NCBI GenBank assembly: GCA_030647005.1
Contig: JAUSKG010000031.1
Span: forward strand, 1 to 57,166
DNA: 57,166 bases
Direction: 5' to 3'
From: a bacterium
GTDB lineage: Bacteria; Patescibacteriota; Patescibacteriia; JACPHY01
The notes under the pieces were generated by a model, which was not told the origin of the DNA, made no database searches, and saw only the letters and a list, made by a program, of their open reading frames with translations. The position numbers and the translations under genes were made by a program. The stretch's first letter is position 1. Each line of letters starts with the position of its first letter. Shown piece by piece: positions 27,000 to 34,530 of this stretch.

Positions 27000-28826
27000 A
27001 TGTCGCTGTCACTAATGCAGCAAGTCGTCCTCACACAACGTCTCGTCGTATCCATGCCGGAGATCCAGTGGAGCCTTCTCCAGGCGTACCAGAACGGAAT
27101 CATCGGGCCGCCGCCCTACGTCGAGCCGACGTTCGAGGAAGAGAACTTCACCCCGCGCCTCAAGCTCACGCAGAGCAAAATCGAGGGCTTCGAGACCCTC
27201 GGCCACGTCGAGCGTATGCGCCTCGTGGATACGGCCAACGAGATCTTCCGCTTCGCCTACACGCGCGGCGTTGATGAGGCAGACAACAGGAAAAAGGGCT
27301 ACTACAAGATCCCCCTCCTGCGTGACCGCACCATCATGGACGCGCACGACGGGATAGACACGATCAAGAAGCGCATCAGCCGCGCCGAGTACGATCGGGC
27401 AATCGCCATACTGGAGTCCGTCGGCGAAATGGAACGCATCGCCCGCGCCATCCCGTACTTCGGCCTGTACCAGACGGTCGTCAAGCACCTCCGCCGCGCC
27501 CACAAGGTTGGTCTCGAGCAGACCGTGCTCGTGTCTGTAGACCGCGGTGGTCGCCTTCCCTGCATCATCCTGCAACGCGCTCTTGGTCTCACCGAGATGC
27601 ACAGCATCAAGGTGGATCAGAGCGGTGGTCGGCTCGACGAGGACAAGCTCGGGGAGCTCGCCAAGCAGGGAGTTCTCCGAGGCAAGCACGTCCTCTTCGT
27701 GGATTCGACGGTGGACTCCGGCCGTCAGATCCGAGTGTTGGTGCAGTACTTCGATGCGGACAAGTGGCGCAACGTGCTCGGTCACTCGAGCTGGAGTATC
27801 GTCGGCTCGAACGAGTACGGCGACAACCTCGACCGCCACTGCAACGTCAACTGGGGCGTTGACCCAGACGACACCTTCGAGGACAATCCGGAACTCATGG
27901 GCATTGACTATGCCCCCGGCACCCATACCAAGATCGTGGAGCGTCCCACGGAAGCATCCAAGACGATCCGCAAGTGCCTGCTTGCCGTCCCCGACGGCTA
28001 CATCTATGTCGCCGCGGATGCCGACAACCAGATCGAGGAGCAGCGCAAGAAGTGGACCGAACGACAAAAAAACCGACGTGCGGGACACGACCAGCAGGTC
28101 ATCGAGGAACGGGCCGAACACGCACAGGAGGTAGTCAAGTACAAGGAGCAGCAGAAGCAGGCCAGGACCGAGGAAGCCAAACGTCGCAAGCGTGAGCAGG
28201 TCGAGCGAAAACTCGAGAGAATCACGTCCAGCAAGCGGTGGAAGAAGCTCGTCGCCAACTGCACCGCCCTACCCGAGGAGTCGTTGCCGGTGGCCTTGCC
28301 GAACGGAACCCATCACGCGCGCCACAATGTGCTCGTGGTCGGGTCAGGGAAGCAGGTAGACCTTCCGCGGAGCGCGGTGCAGTTCGTGGCCGACAACCTC
28401 GGTCCCCACTGCTCGTTCTTTGCGGGAACGCCGGACGGCAACCCTGGCGCAATCCTCAATGCGACCCTCACGAGCAACAAGGTCGCCCAACCGGAAGTTC
28501 GTCTCTACCAGCCCAGCTTCATGCAGGGCAGAACGGACGATTCGTTCGGCGGAGCACCCATCATGTTCGTGGGCGAGAAGGATGACATGCGTCGGCAGAT
28601 GATCTCCGACAGCAACGTCGTCCTGACCCTCGGCGGCGCACAGGGCACGCTTCGCGAAGTACTCCTCGCGCTTGCCGCCGGCAAACCGACCATCCTGATC
28701 GAGGGCTACGGTGCAGTTTCGGCCTACGTGCTCTCCACCAAGAGCACGCGCCAGAATCCGAACCTGAGGCCGTGCAAGACCCTCGTCGAGGCCGCGCAGA
28801 CCATCCTGGACATGTCCAAAGCGTAG
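27000..28826 (+). CDS. Phosphoribosyltransferase (PRTase) - coiled coil - SLOG/LOG-like (TIGR00725-type) Rossmann fusion protein
   Basis: 608 aa with AGGAGG 7 nt upstream of the ATG. PRTase: 'TVLVSVDRGGRLPCIILQRAL' and PRPP loop 'KHVLFVDSTVDSGRQI'. K/E/R/Q-rich segment ~aa 345-415. C-terminal 'NVLVVGSGK' and 'VVLTLGGAQGTLREVLLALAAGKPTILIEG' resemble the LOG-family GGxGTxxE motif. Confidence 0.6.
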   Translation: MSLSLMQQVVLTQRLVVSMPEIQWSLLQAYQNGIIGPPPYVEPTFEEENFTPRLKLTQSKIEGFETLGHVERMRLVDTANEIFRFAYTRGVDEADNRKKGYYKIPLLRDRTIMDAHDGIDTIKKRISRAEYDRAIAILESVGEMERIARAIPYFGLYQTVVKHLRRAHKVGLEQTVLVSVDRGGRLPCIILQRALGLTEMHSIKVDQSGGRLDEDKLGELAKQGVLRGKHVLFVDSTVDSGRQIRVLVQYFDADKWRNVLGHSSWSIVGSNEYGDNLDRHCNVNWGVDPDDTFEDNPELMGIDYAPGTHTKIVERPTEASKTIRKCLLAVPDGYIYVAADADNQIEEQRKKWTERQKNRRAGHDQQVIEERAEHAQEVVKYKEQQKQARTEEAKRRKREQVERKLERITSSKRWKKLVANCTALPEESLPVALPNGTHHARHNVLVVGSGKQVDLPRSAVQFVADNLGPHCSFFAGTPDGNPGAILNATLTSNKVAQPEVRLYQPSFMQGRTDDSFGGAPIMFVGEKDDMRRQMISDSNVVLTLGGAQGTLREVLLALAAGKPTILIEGYGAVSAYVLSTKSTRQNPNLRPCKTLVEAAQTILDMSKA

Positions 28827-28850
28827 GCAGACAACGTCGAGGAACAACCC

Positions 28851-28882
28851 AAGACCCGCACAAAAGTGCGGGTCTTGTTCTT
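28851..28882 (+). terminator. Probable intrinsic terminator of the PRTase-SLOG gene
   Basis: Perfect 11-bp stem 'aagacccgcac/gtgcgggtctt', loop AAAA, then 'gttctt' (weak U-tract), 25 nt after the stop. Confidence 0.55.
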
Positions 28883-28964
28883 GGCGGTTTCAGCTTCCCC
28901 ATGCAACACTGCTCCGGATTTGCAATTCGGTTAAAGATGCGGGTGTAAAAAACGCAGAAGTAGT

Positions 28965-29012
28965 GTCATTGCGAGGAGTCCCGAGCTTGCCTCGGGACTC
29001 CTCGCAATGACA
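28965..29012. repeat. Short perfect palindrome of the GTCATTGCGAGG family
   Basis: 'gtcattgcgaggagtcccgag cttgc ctcgggactcctcgcaatgac': 21-bp arms. Confidence 0.8.
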
Positions 29013-29094
29013 CTAACATGCAAAAATGAAATACCCTGCGGTCTCTGCCGAAGGGTATTTCATTGGACTTGACCCCTTACCCCAATACACTACC

Positions 29095-29123
29095 TTGACA
29101 CAACCGATATTTCCTGCTATGAT
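29095..29123 (+). promoter_or_regulatory. Near-consensus sigma-70 promoter for the CSD-fusion gene
   Basis: TTGACA (29095..29100), 17-nt spacer, TATGAT (29118..29123). Predicts a ~115-nt leader before ATG 29244. Confidence 0.6.
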
Positions 29124-29243
29124 GGGGAATACCGTGCTCCCCGGCCCTCTGCGCAGGTACAGCCCCGCGCAGGGTCCCCGGGTGGGCATAATGCTCATTC
29201 CCAAAGGAAATCTGACTGACTGCTGCTGTCTGGAGTGTTACAA

Positions 29244-30716
29244 ATGTCGAAAGCAAAGGAGTACCTCGGTCGAATCGTGACGGTTCGGCAAGAGGAGGGG
29301 TTTGGATTCATCGGATTGGACTCGGTGTCCATGGATGACGGAAGCGACCACGATCTCGAAACGACCGGCGACATCTTCGTCCACCAGGACGATTGCGGGT
29401 CACCCCTTCAAGTCGGCGTGACGCTGCAATTTGAGGTCGTTGCGGACCACCGTCGCGGCGACGGGTTCCTCCGCGCGCGTTGCGCCACGGAACTGGCCGA
29501 GGTTGAGGTCATGCCGGACAACGATCCGGTCGTGATGGCACTCGCCACGCAGCGTGACGCGTATCGTGGCGAGCACGCGCTCGCGATGCCGATCCCGCCG
29601 CACCCGATGCGACACCGCATGAAGCAGGTGCCGGAGGAGACGGTCGCGCAGGTCGTGCAGAACGACCCGCTCCCGGAAACATCGCGAGATGAGACCGATG
29701 CCATGGACCCCAACGACCCGCGCACCGCGCAGGCGCTCCGGGCGTTCATGGAGCACGCGTACCCACATCTCGCAGGTCTCGAGATTGGCTACGACGTCCT
29801 CAACGCGGACGAGGAAGCATTCGACACGAAAGTCGCGGAGGCAACCGCGGGTCTCCGCGAGCTTGGCATGGAAGAGCAGGCGCAGCACGTCGAAAGCGAG
29901 ATGGGACGATTCCGCGGCGTGCGCCGCGTACTCGGGTTCATGGCCGAGCAACGCTTGCTCCGGCCGAATACGTGCATTCCGACACGGTATCTGCCGGACC
30001 TCTTCATGGCATGCCCGGTCTGGTTCCACGCAACGGATGAGCAAGCCGGAGGTGCCGCGAATGCGGAGTGGGACAGCGCGGACCCCCGTGTCCATGCTGC
30101 GACGATCGCGCTCTGCGACATCTTTCCGAAAAACGAACGCTGGTCGGACACGGTGCAGCTCTTCAACCGTCGGCTGCGGACCCTCGCGCGGTACAAGGGT
30201 GACGTGATCCCGTTGCAGATCACGCGCCTCATTCGTGAAGCACGACAGCACTTCGATCACCTCGTCATCGCGACCCCGTACCACGACGTGGCCGGACGCG
30301 AGTGGCAGGATCCGAACTGGCTCCGTGGCATTGACCCATACGTCATCGGCATGCAGAACGGCTGTTCGCACTTCTTCATCCTCGGACGGTTCTCGGACTC
30401 CGGCGTGTTCCCGCTGCTCCATGAGCTCGTCGGGGACACCATCGAGTTCCTACGCAAGAACCGCGAAAAACTCGCGGGGTTCAATGAGACGAACGATCCG
30501 TACTGGCACGTCGGAAGCACTGGAGTCCACTGCCACTCCCAACGCTCCTGGCATGGGAGGACCAGGGTCAAGCTCGGCACCTTCCTCCAGAGCCATGTGG
30601 ACGCACTCCTGCGTGCCTTCGATGCAGGGAAGCTCTTCGACTGGCTCCGTGGCGAGTGGAGCGAAGATGCGACATCCGCCAGCCCGACCACGAGCAGCGC
30701 ACCCCCGCGTACCTGA
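29244..30716 (+). CDS. Cold-shock-domain (CSD/OB) N-terminal fusion protein with large uncharacterised C-terminal region
   Basis: ORF from GTG 29235; ATG 29244 is preferred (GGAG 8 nt upstream). N-terminal 'GRIVTVRQEEGFGFIGLD...GDIFVHQDD' resembles CSD RNP1/RNP2-like motifs. The remaining ~400 aa are unrecognised. Confidence 0.6.
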   Translation: MSKAKEYLGRIVTVRQEEGFGFIGLDSVSMDDGSDHDLETTGDIFVHQDDCGSPLQVGVTLQFEVVADHRRGDGFLRARCATELAEVEVMPDNDPVVMALATQRDAYRGEHALAMPIPPHPMRHRMKQVPEETVAQVVQNDPLPETSRDETDAMDPNDPRTAQALRAFMEHAYPHLAGLEIGYDVLNADEEAFDTKVAEATAGLRELGMEEQAQHVESEMGRFRGVRRVLGFMAEQRLLRPNTCIPTRYLPDLFMACPVWFHATDEQAGGAANAEWDSADPRVHAATIALCDIFPKNERWSDTVQLFNRRLRTLARYKGDVIPLQITRLIREARQHFDHLVIATPYHDVAGREWQDPNWLRGIDPYVIGMQNGCSHFFILGRFSDSGVFPLLHELVGDTIEFLRKNREKLAGFNETNDPYWHVGSTGVHCHSQRSWHGRTRVKLGTFLQSHVDALLRAFDAGKLFDWLRGEWSEDATSASPTTSSAPPRT

Positions 30717-30818
30717 TAGCACCACGAACCCCCTCCGATACTCTCGGAGGGGGTTCTTCTTTTGGACCTAGTACAGATACTTTTAGATCGTTTGGAAAAT
30801 GGTGTCAAATTCTTTGTT

Positions 30819-30957
30819 AAAGAAAGGGGTCATAAAGAAAGGGGTCAAGTCCATTTTTCATTCGATCACCTCATACTTCCCATAGCCGTCATCGTTAAAT
30901 AAATGGACTTGACCCCTTTATTAGACCCCTTTATTTACATATTGACCCCTTTATTTA
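30819..30957. repeat. Repeat R1: internally palindromic ~105-bp element plus extra GACCCCTTTAT iterations
   Basis: 'aaagaaaggggtcataaagaaaggggtcaagtccatttttcattcgatcacctc...aaatggacttgacccctttat', then 2 more 'gacccctttattta'. Direct repeat of R2 (31558..31664). Confidence 0.75.
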
Positions 30958-30994
30958 GCCGCACTTCTGGCATTTCGGCGAAAAAATCCGGCGG

Positions 30995-31456
30995 CTATCT
31001 AATAAATCCTCCATGTATCAAACAACGATACACAATTTTCTCATTCAACAAAATTTCCTCCTGACCAGCAAAGTTTTCTAACCCACCCCTTGCCGTAAAT
31101 TGATAAGTCCATTCGCCATCAGAAAACTTTGCTGGTCCTCGAACTGGTATTACATCGTCATACTCTTGCATAAGTGCTTGTCGGAGAAAATCGTATACAT
31201 CTTTCTCGCTTACTTTTTCATCAAGGACAAAGCCGAAATAATTTGCTCCCCATACCGGCTTTTCATTTTCATATACGATTTCCTCGCCGATAAAATCGCG
31301 CCCACCAAAATAAGTGTCGTGGTAAATTAAGCCGTCCTTTTCAAAATGATAATCTTCTGATCTCAAGCGAGAGGGCGCGACTTTTGGAGCGGTCTTGTTG
31401 GCGTAGGTTGCCTTGTTCGCCTCATTTAGAAACTTTGCAAGATTTTTTATGTCCAT
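30995..31456 (-). CDS. DUF5680-like protein on a strongly AT-rich cassette
   Basis: 153 aa. 'ATYANK...SRLRSEDYHFEKDGLIYHDTYFGGRDFIGEEIVYENEKPVWGANYFG...RGP...VYRCLIHGGFI' matches my recollection of the DUF5680 pattern. Composition is sharply AT-richer than the surrounding genome. Confidence 0.6.
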   Translation of the reverse strand: MDIKNLAKFLNEANKATYANKTAPKVAPSRLRSEDYHFEKDGLIYHDTYFGGRDFIGEEIVYENEKPVWGANYFGFVLDEKVSEKDVYDFLRQALMQEYDDVIPVRGPAKFSDGEWTYQFTARGGLENFAGQEEILLNEKIVYRCLIHGGFIR

Positions 31457-31557
31457 AGTTATTTACCATTATACTTATCCAAAAATTTACCAATTATCTT
31501 ATTGGCCTCCTCGATAATTTCAGGGTGATAACGATAATCGTGGTCTGATTTTAATGG

Positions 31558-31664
31558 GGAAGAAAGGGGCCATCACGAAGAAAGGGGTCAAGTCCATTTT
31601 TCATTCGATCACCTCGTGCTCCCTAAAGCCGCCATCGTCAAAGAAATGGACTTGACCCCTTTAT
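31558..31664. repeat. Repeat R2: direct copy of R1
   Basis: 'ggaagaaaggggccatcacgaagaaaggggtcaagtccatttttcattcgatcacctcgtgctccctaaagccgccatcgtcaaagaaatggacttgacccctttat'. High identity to R1 by eye, same orientation. Confidence 0.75.
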
Positions 31665-31787
31665 CTATTCCTACCAGGTTACACTTTTTGTAAAGTCCAG
31701 TATACGTTTGGTAAAAAACACGTTATTTTGGCTAAAATGAGCTGATAATTTTCATACCAATTCTCTGTCCCTCGCTAGAGCAAGATT

Positions 31788-31861
31788 TGGCTGGGGGGGA
31801 AGGAATCGAACCCTCATGCTGGGCTTCAAAGGCCCATGTCCTACCATTAGACGACCCCCCA
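31788..31861 (-). tRNA. tRNA-Gln (anticodon TTG), CCA encoded
   Basis: 74-nt cloverleaf by hand: acceptor TGGGGGG/CCCCCCA, anticodon arm TGGGC-CTTTGAA-GCCCA, T arm GAGGG-TTCGATT-CCTTC, G-CCA 3' end. Confidence 0.9.
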
Positions 31862-31900
31862 ATGAGGAAGTATCACCCGCCTCAATGCATTGTACCGTAT

Positions 31901-31934
31901 GAGATTTCTCGGTCGTGGACTCTCTCGAAATGAC
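31901..31934. repeat. Half-copy of the second palindromic repeat family (...GAGATTTCTCG...TCGAAATGAC)
   Basis: 'gagatttctcggtcgtggactctctcgaaatgac' matches the right arm of 47923..48069. Confidence 0.5.
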
Positions 31935-31953
31935 AAAGGGGGCGCAGATGTCT

Positions 31954-32883
31954 TTATACTCGAAGGTACCTGCGGATGGCGATGGCGGAGATGGTGGTGG
32001 TGAGGAGGGCGAGGCCGAGGAACTCGGCGGCGGCGATCTCCCAGAGATGGTAGTGGAAGAAGGTGGCGATGTCAATGCCGCGCGCGCCGAGGAACTGGCG
32101 GAGGGTGGGCTCTGCGAGTTGGAGGGCGGGGAACGTGAGGAGCTGGGTGATAACCGTGGCGATCGCGGCGGCGAGCACGCCCATAATGAGGAACGGCGTA
32201 CGGACGAACCAGTTGGTCGCGCCGACGAGCTTCATGATGCCCACCTCATCGCGGCGGACGTACGTGATGACGCGCATCGCGTTGATGATGATGAGGAGCG
32301 TGACGAGGAAGGAGAGGCCGCTCATCGCGAGACCCGCGTAGCGGAGCTTCGCGGTGAGCGCATTGAGGCGTTCCACGAGCAGCGCGCGGTCCCCTGCTCC
32401 GGTCTCGATGATACGCTCCGAGAGCTGCGGATCATCGAGGAGCGCGGCGAGGATGGGGAAGTCCTCCGGTGTGCGCGCTTGGATGCGGAGCTCGGGGCCA
32501 AAGGGATTCTCGCCGAGTTCCGCGATTGCTTCCAGGATGTCATCGTTGCCGCGATGCGTCGCAGTGAACTCCTCAAACACCTGCGCGCGCGAGATGTGCG
32601 TGATGCCGAGGACCTCCTCGCGTGCGAGGAGCTGCGTGCGGATCGCGTCCACTTCGTCCTCCGCGACGGTGGGACGGAACTGGATGCGGAGGTCTACGCG
32701 CGCGCCAAGCTCATCGAGGGCGATGCGACCGGCGACGTTCATGCCGAGGAGCACCTGCACGCTGATGAGCGTGAGCGTGAGCATGACGACCGTGGTCATG
32801 GACAACCAGATGTTCCGAGCGAAGTCCACGAGCGCGTACTTGAGGAGGCGGAGGAAGGAGATGAACACAGGTGTGCGGTGCAA
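31954..32883 (-). CDS. ftsX: Cell division permease FtsX
   Basis: 309 aa. N-terminal 'LLKYALVDFARNIWLSMTTVVMLTLTL', 4-TM FtsX topology, located directly downstream of ftsE. Confidence 0.85.
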   Translation of the reverse strand: MHRTPVFISFLRLLKYALVDFARNIWLSMTTVVMLTLTLISVQVLLGMNVAGRIALDELGARVDLRIQFRPTVAEDEVDAIRTQLLAREEVLGITHISRAQVFEEFTATHRGNDDILEAIAELGENPFGPELRIQARTPEDFPILAALLDDPQLSERIIETGAGDRALLVERLNALTAKLRYAGLAMSGLSFLVTLLIIINAMRVITYVRRDEVGIMKLVGATNWFVRTPFLIMGVLAAAIATVITQLLTFPALQLAEPTLRQFLGARGIDIATFFHYHLWEIAAAEFLGLALLTTTISAIAIRRYLRV

Positions 32884-32891
32884 TGGGGGAA

Positions 32892-33572
32892 CTATAACCG
32901 GTAGGTGCCGTGCTTCTTATCCGCGACGATGCGGCCGTTATCGAGCGTGATGACGCGACGGCGGAGCATGTTCACGACGTCGCGGTTGTGCGTGACGAGG
33001 AGGACGGTCGTGCCAAAGCTATTAATCTTCTCGAGGAGGTCCGCGATCTCGCGCGTGTGGATGGAATCGAGGTTGCCGGTTGGCTCATCGGCGACGAGGA
33101 TCTTTGGACCGTGCACGAGCGCGCGCGCGACCGCGACGCGCTGCTGCTCGCCGCCAGAGAGCTGCCACGGGAAGCGCTCGCCCTTCCCATCGAGCCCGAC
33201 GATGTCGAGCACGTTTGGCACCACATCGCGGATGCGCTTCGTGGGTGCACCGCAGACCTCGAGCGCGAACGCGACGTTCTCGGAAACGGTCTTGTGGCGC
33301 AGGAGCTTGAAGTCCTGGAACACCGTCCCAATCTGCCGCCGGAGCACGGGGATGTCGCCATGGGGGATCGCGCTGATGTCCCAACCGCCGATGACAATCG
33401 AACCCTTGCTCGGCCGCTCCTCGGCGATGAGGAGCCGCACGAGCGTCGTCTTGCCCGTGCCGCTCTGCCCGACGATCGACACGAACTCCCCGGGCGCAAT
33501 ATGAAAATCAACACCGTCGAGTGCCTTGGTGTCCGGAGGGTACTGCTTGGTGATGCCGGTGAATTGAATCAT
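32892..33572 (-). CDS. ftsE: Cell division ABC ATPase FtsE
   Basis: Trimmed to ATG 33572 ('MIQFTGITKQY'). Walker A 'GQSGTGKTT', signature 'LSGGEQQR', Walker B 'ILVADEPTGNLD'. The start overlaps the upstream stop (ATGA). Confidence 0.9.
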   Translation of the reverse strand: MIQFTGITKQYPPDTKALDGVDFHIAPGEFVSIVGQSGTGKTTLVRLLIAEERPSKGSIVIGGWDISAIPHGDIPVLRRQIGTVFQDFKLLRHKTVSENVAFALEVCGAPTKRIRDVVPNVLDIVGLDGKGERFPWQLSGGEQQRVAVARALVHGPKILVADEPTGNLDSIHTREIADLLEKINSFGTTVLLVTHNRDVVNMLRRRVITLDNGRIVADKKHGTYRL

Positions 33573-34351
33573 GCGCGGAGCGTGACGAGGATACCGTTCC
33601 CGCGCTTCCATCGGAACGATCCGTCTATCTGTGCGAGGAGCCAGGGCACGGGATAGGTGAGGAGCGCGAACCACTTCCCGATGCCCTGCGCGAGCTGGAA
33701 GAGCTCCCACGCGAGTGCGCCCGGTGGGCCGAACGTGTGGCGCATTGCTGCGACGTGGAGACCCGCACACGTGGCGAGCGTGACGAGCTCCTCGGGCTCA
33801 AAGCCATCGCGCGCGTGATCGTGCTGGTCGTAGTGCACAAACTTTCGAAAGAACCGACGCTGGTGCACGCGGGGAACGTGGATGAGGATCGCACCGCGCG
33901 GCGTGAGGAGCCCCGCGAGCGAGCGAAGTGCCTCCTCCGGATGCGCGAGGTGCTCAAAGACATCCACACTGTAGATGATAGCATATCGCGCGTCGGGAGG
34001 CCCGACGGGTGTCGTTGCAAGCTGCTCGATATCCGCACGGTACGCTCGGAGCATCAACGGATGCACAGCGGTAAACCGACGTTGTGCGAGCGCGACGAGT
34101 CGCTCATCAATGTCAACCGCATCCACAGGACACGCGAACATGCGCGCACACCAGAGCGCGTTATCCCCGCGCCCGCACCCCGCATCGAGGATGCACTGCG
34201 GACGCAGGTGGCGCAACGCGCGATGGAGCGCGCGGCGACGAATGACCTCGCCGATGTGTCGTCGCCCCCATGAGAGGAGGAGCTGTTCTCGGAGTGGCAT
34301 AGATCTCCATGCTAGCATGACACGTCGTTCCATACCGCGCGTGGAACGCAC
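33569..34351 (-). CDS. Class I SAM-dependent methyltransferase
   Basis: 260 aa with 'ILDAGCGRGDNALWCA' motif I. Start uncertain: GTG at 34351 or the in-frame ATG near 34300. Confidence 0.7.
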   Translation of the reverse strand: MRSTRGMERRVMLAWRSMPLREQLLLSWGRRHIGEVIRRRALHRALRHLRPQCILDAGCGRGDNALWCARMFACPVDAVDIDERLVALAQRRFTAVHPLMLRAYRADIEQLATTPVGPPDARYAIIYSVDVFEHLAHPEEALRSLAGLLTPRGAILIHVPRVHQRRFFRKFVHYDQHDHARDGFEPEELVTLATCAGLHVAAMRHTFGPPGALAWELFQLAQGIGKWFALLTYPVPWLLAQIDGSFRWKRGNGILVTLRA

Positions 34352-34404
34352 AACACCGCGCGTACTACGCGCGGTGTTGTGCCCAATACACCCCCCATTA
34401 TCGT

Positions 34405-34522
34405 GTCATTGCGAGGAGCAAGTCCGCGAGCGACGTGACAATCCCGGTCATACCAGCACAATGGTGAAAGCCGTGTACAGTCTATGACCGGGATTGCCAC
34501 GTCGCGGACTCCTCGCAATGAC
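34405..34522. repeat. Full-length (118-bp) MITE-like element of the GTCATTGCGAGG family (inverted relative to the copies at 49870 and 56701)
   Basis: Long terminal inverted repeats 'gtcattgcgaggagcaagtccgcgagcgacgtgacaatcccggtcat' and 'atgaccgggattgccacgtcgcggactcctcgcaatgac' around a 32-nt core. The core is related, in reverse complement, to the cores of the other two copies. Confidence 0.8.
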
Positions 34523-34530
34523 ACACTGAT

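Noticed and set aside
30356-30367. Cheo-box-like palindrome GAAC-GGCT-GTTC
   Set aside because: It lies deep inside the CSD-fusion coding sequence with no promoter context. A single 4+4 match is expected by chance.
26785-31787. Calling the tRNA-Gln-adjacent island a bona fide integrative mobile element or prophage
   Set aside because: No integrase, transposase, phage structural genes or duplicated tRNA-Gln 3' segment are visible in the window. Only context and composition suggest acquisition, so it is reported as a finding rather than annotated as a mobile_element.
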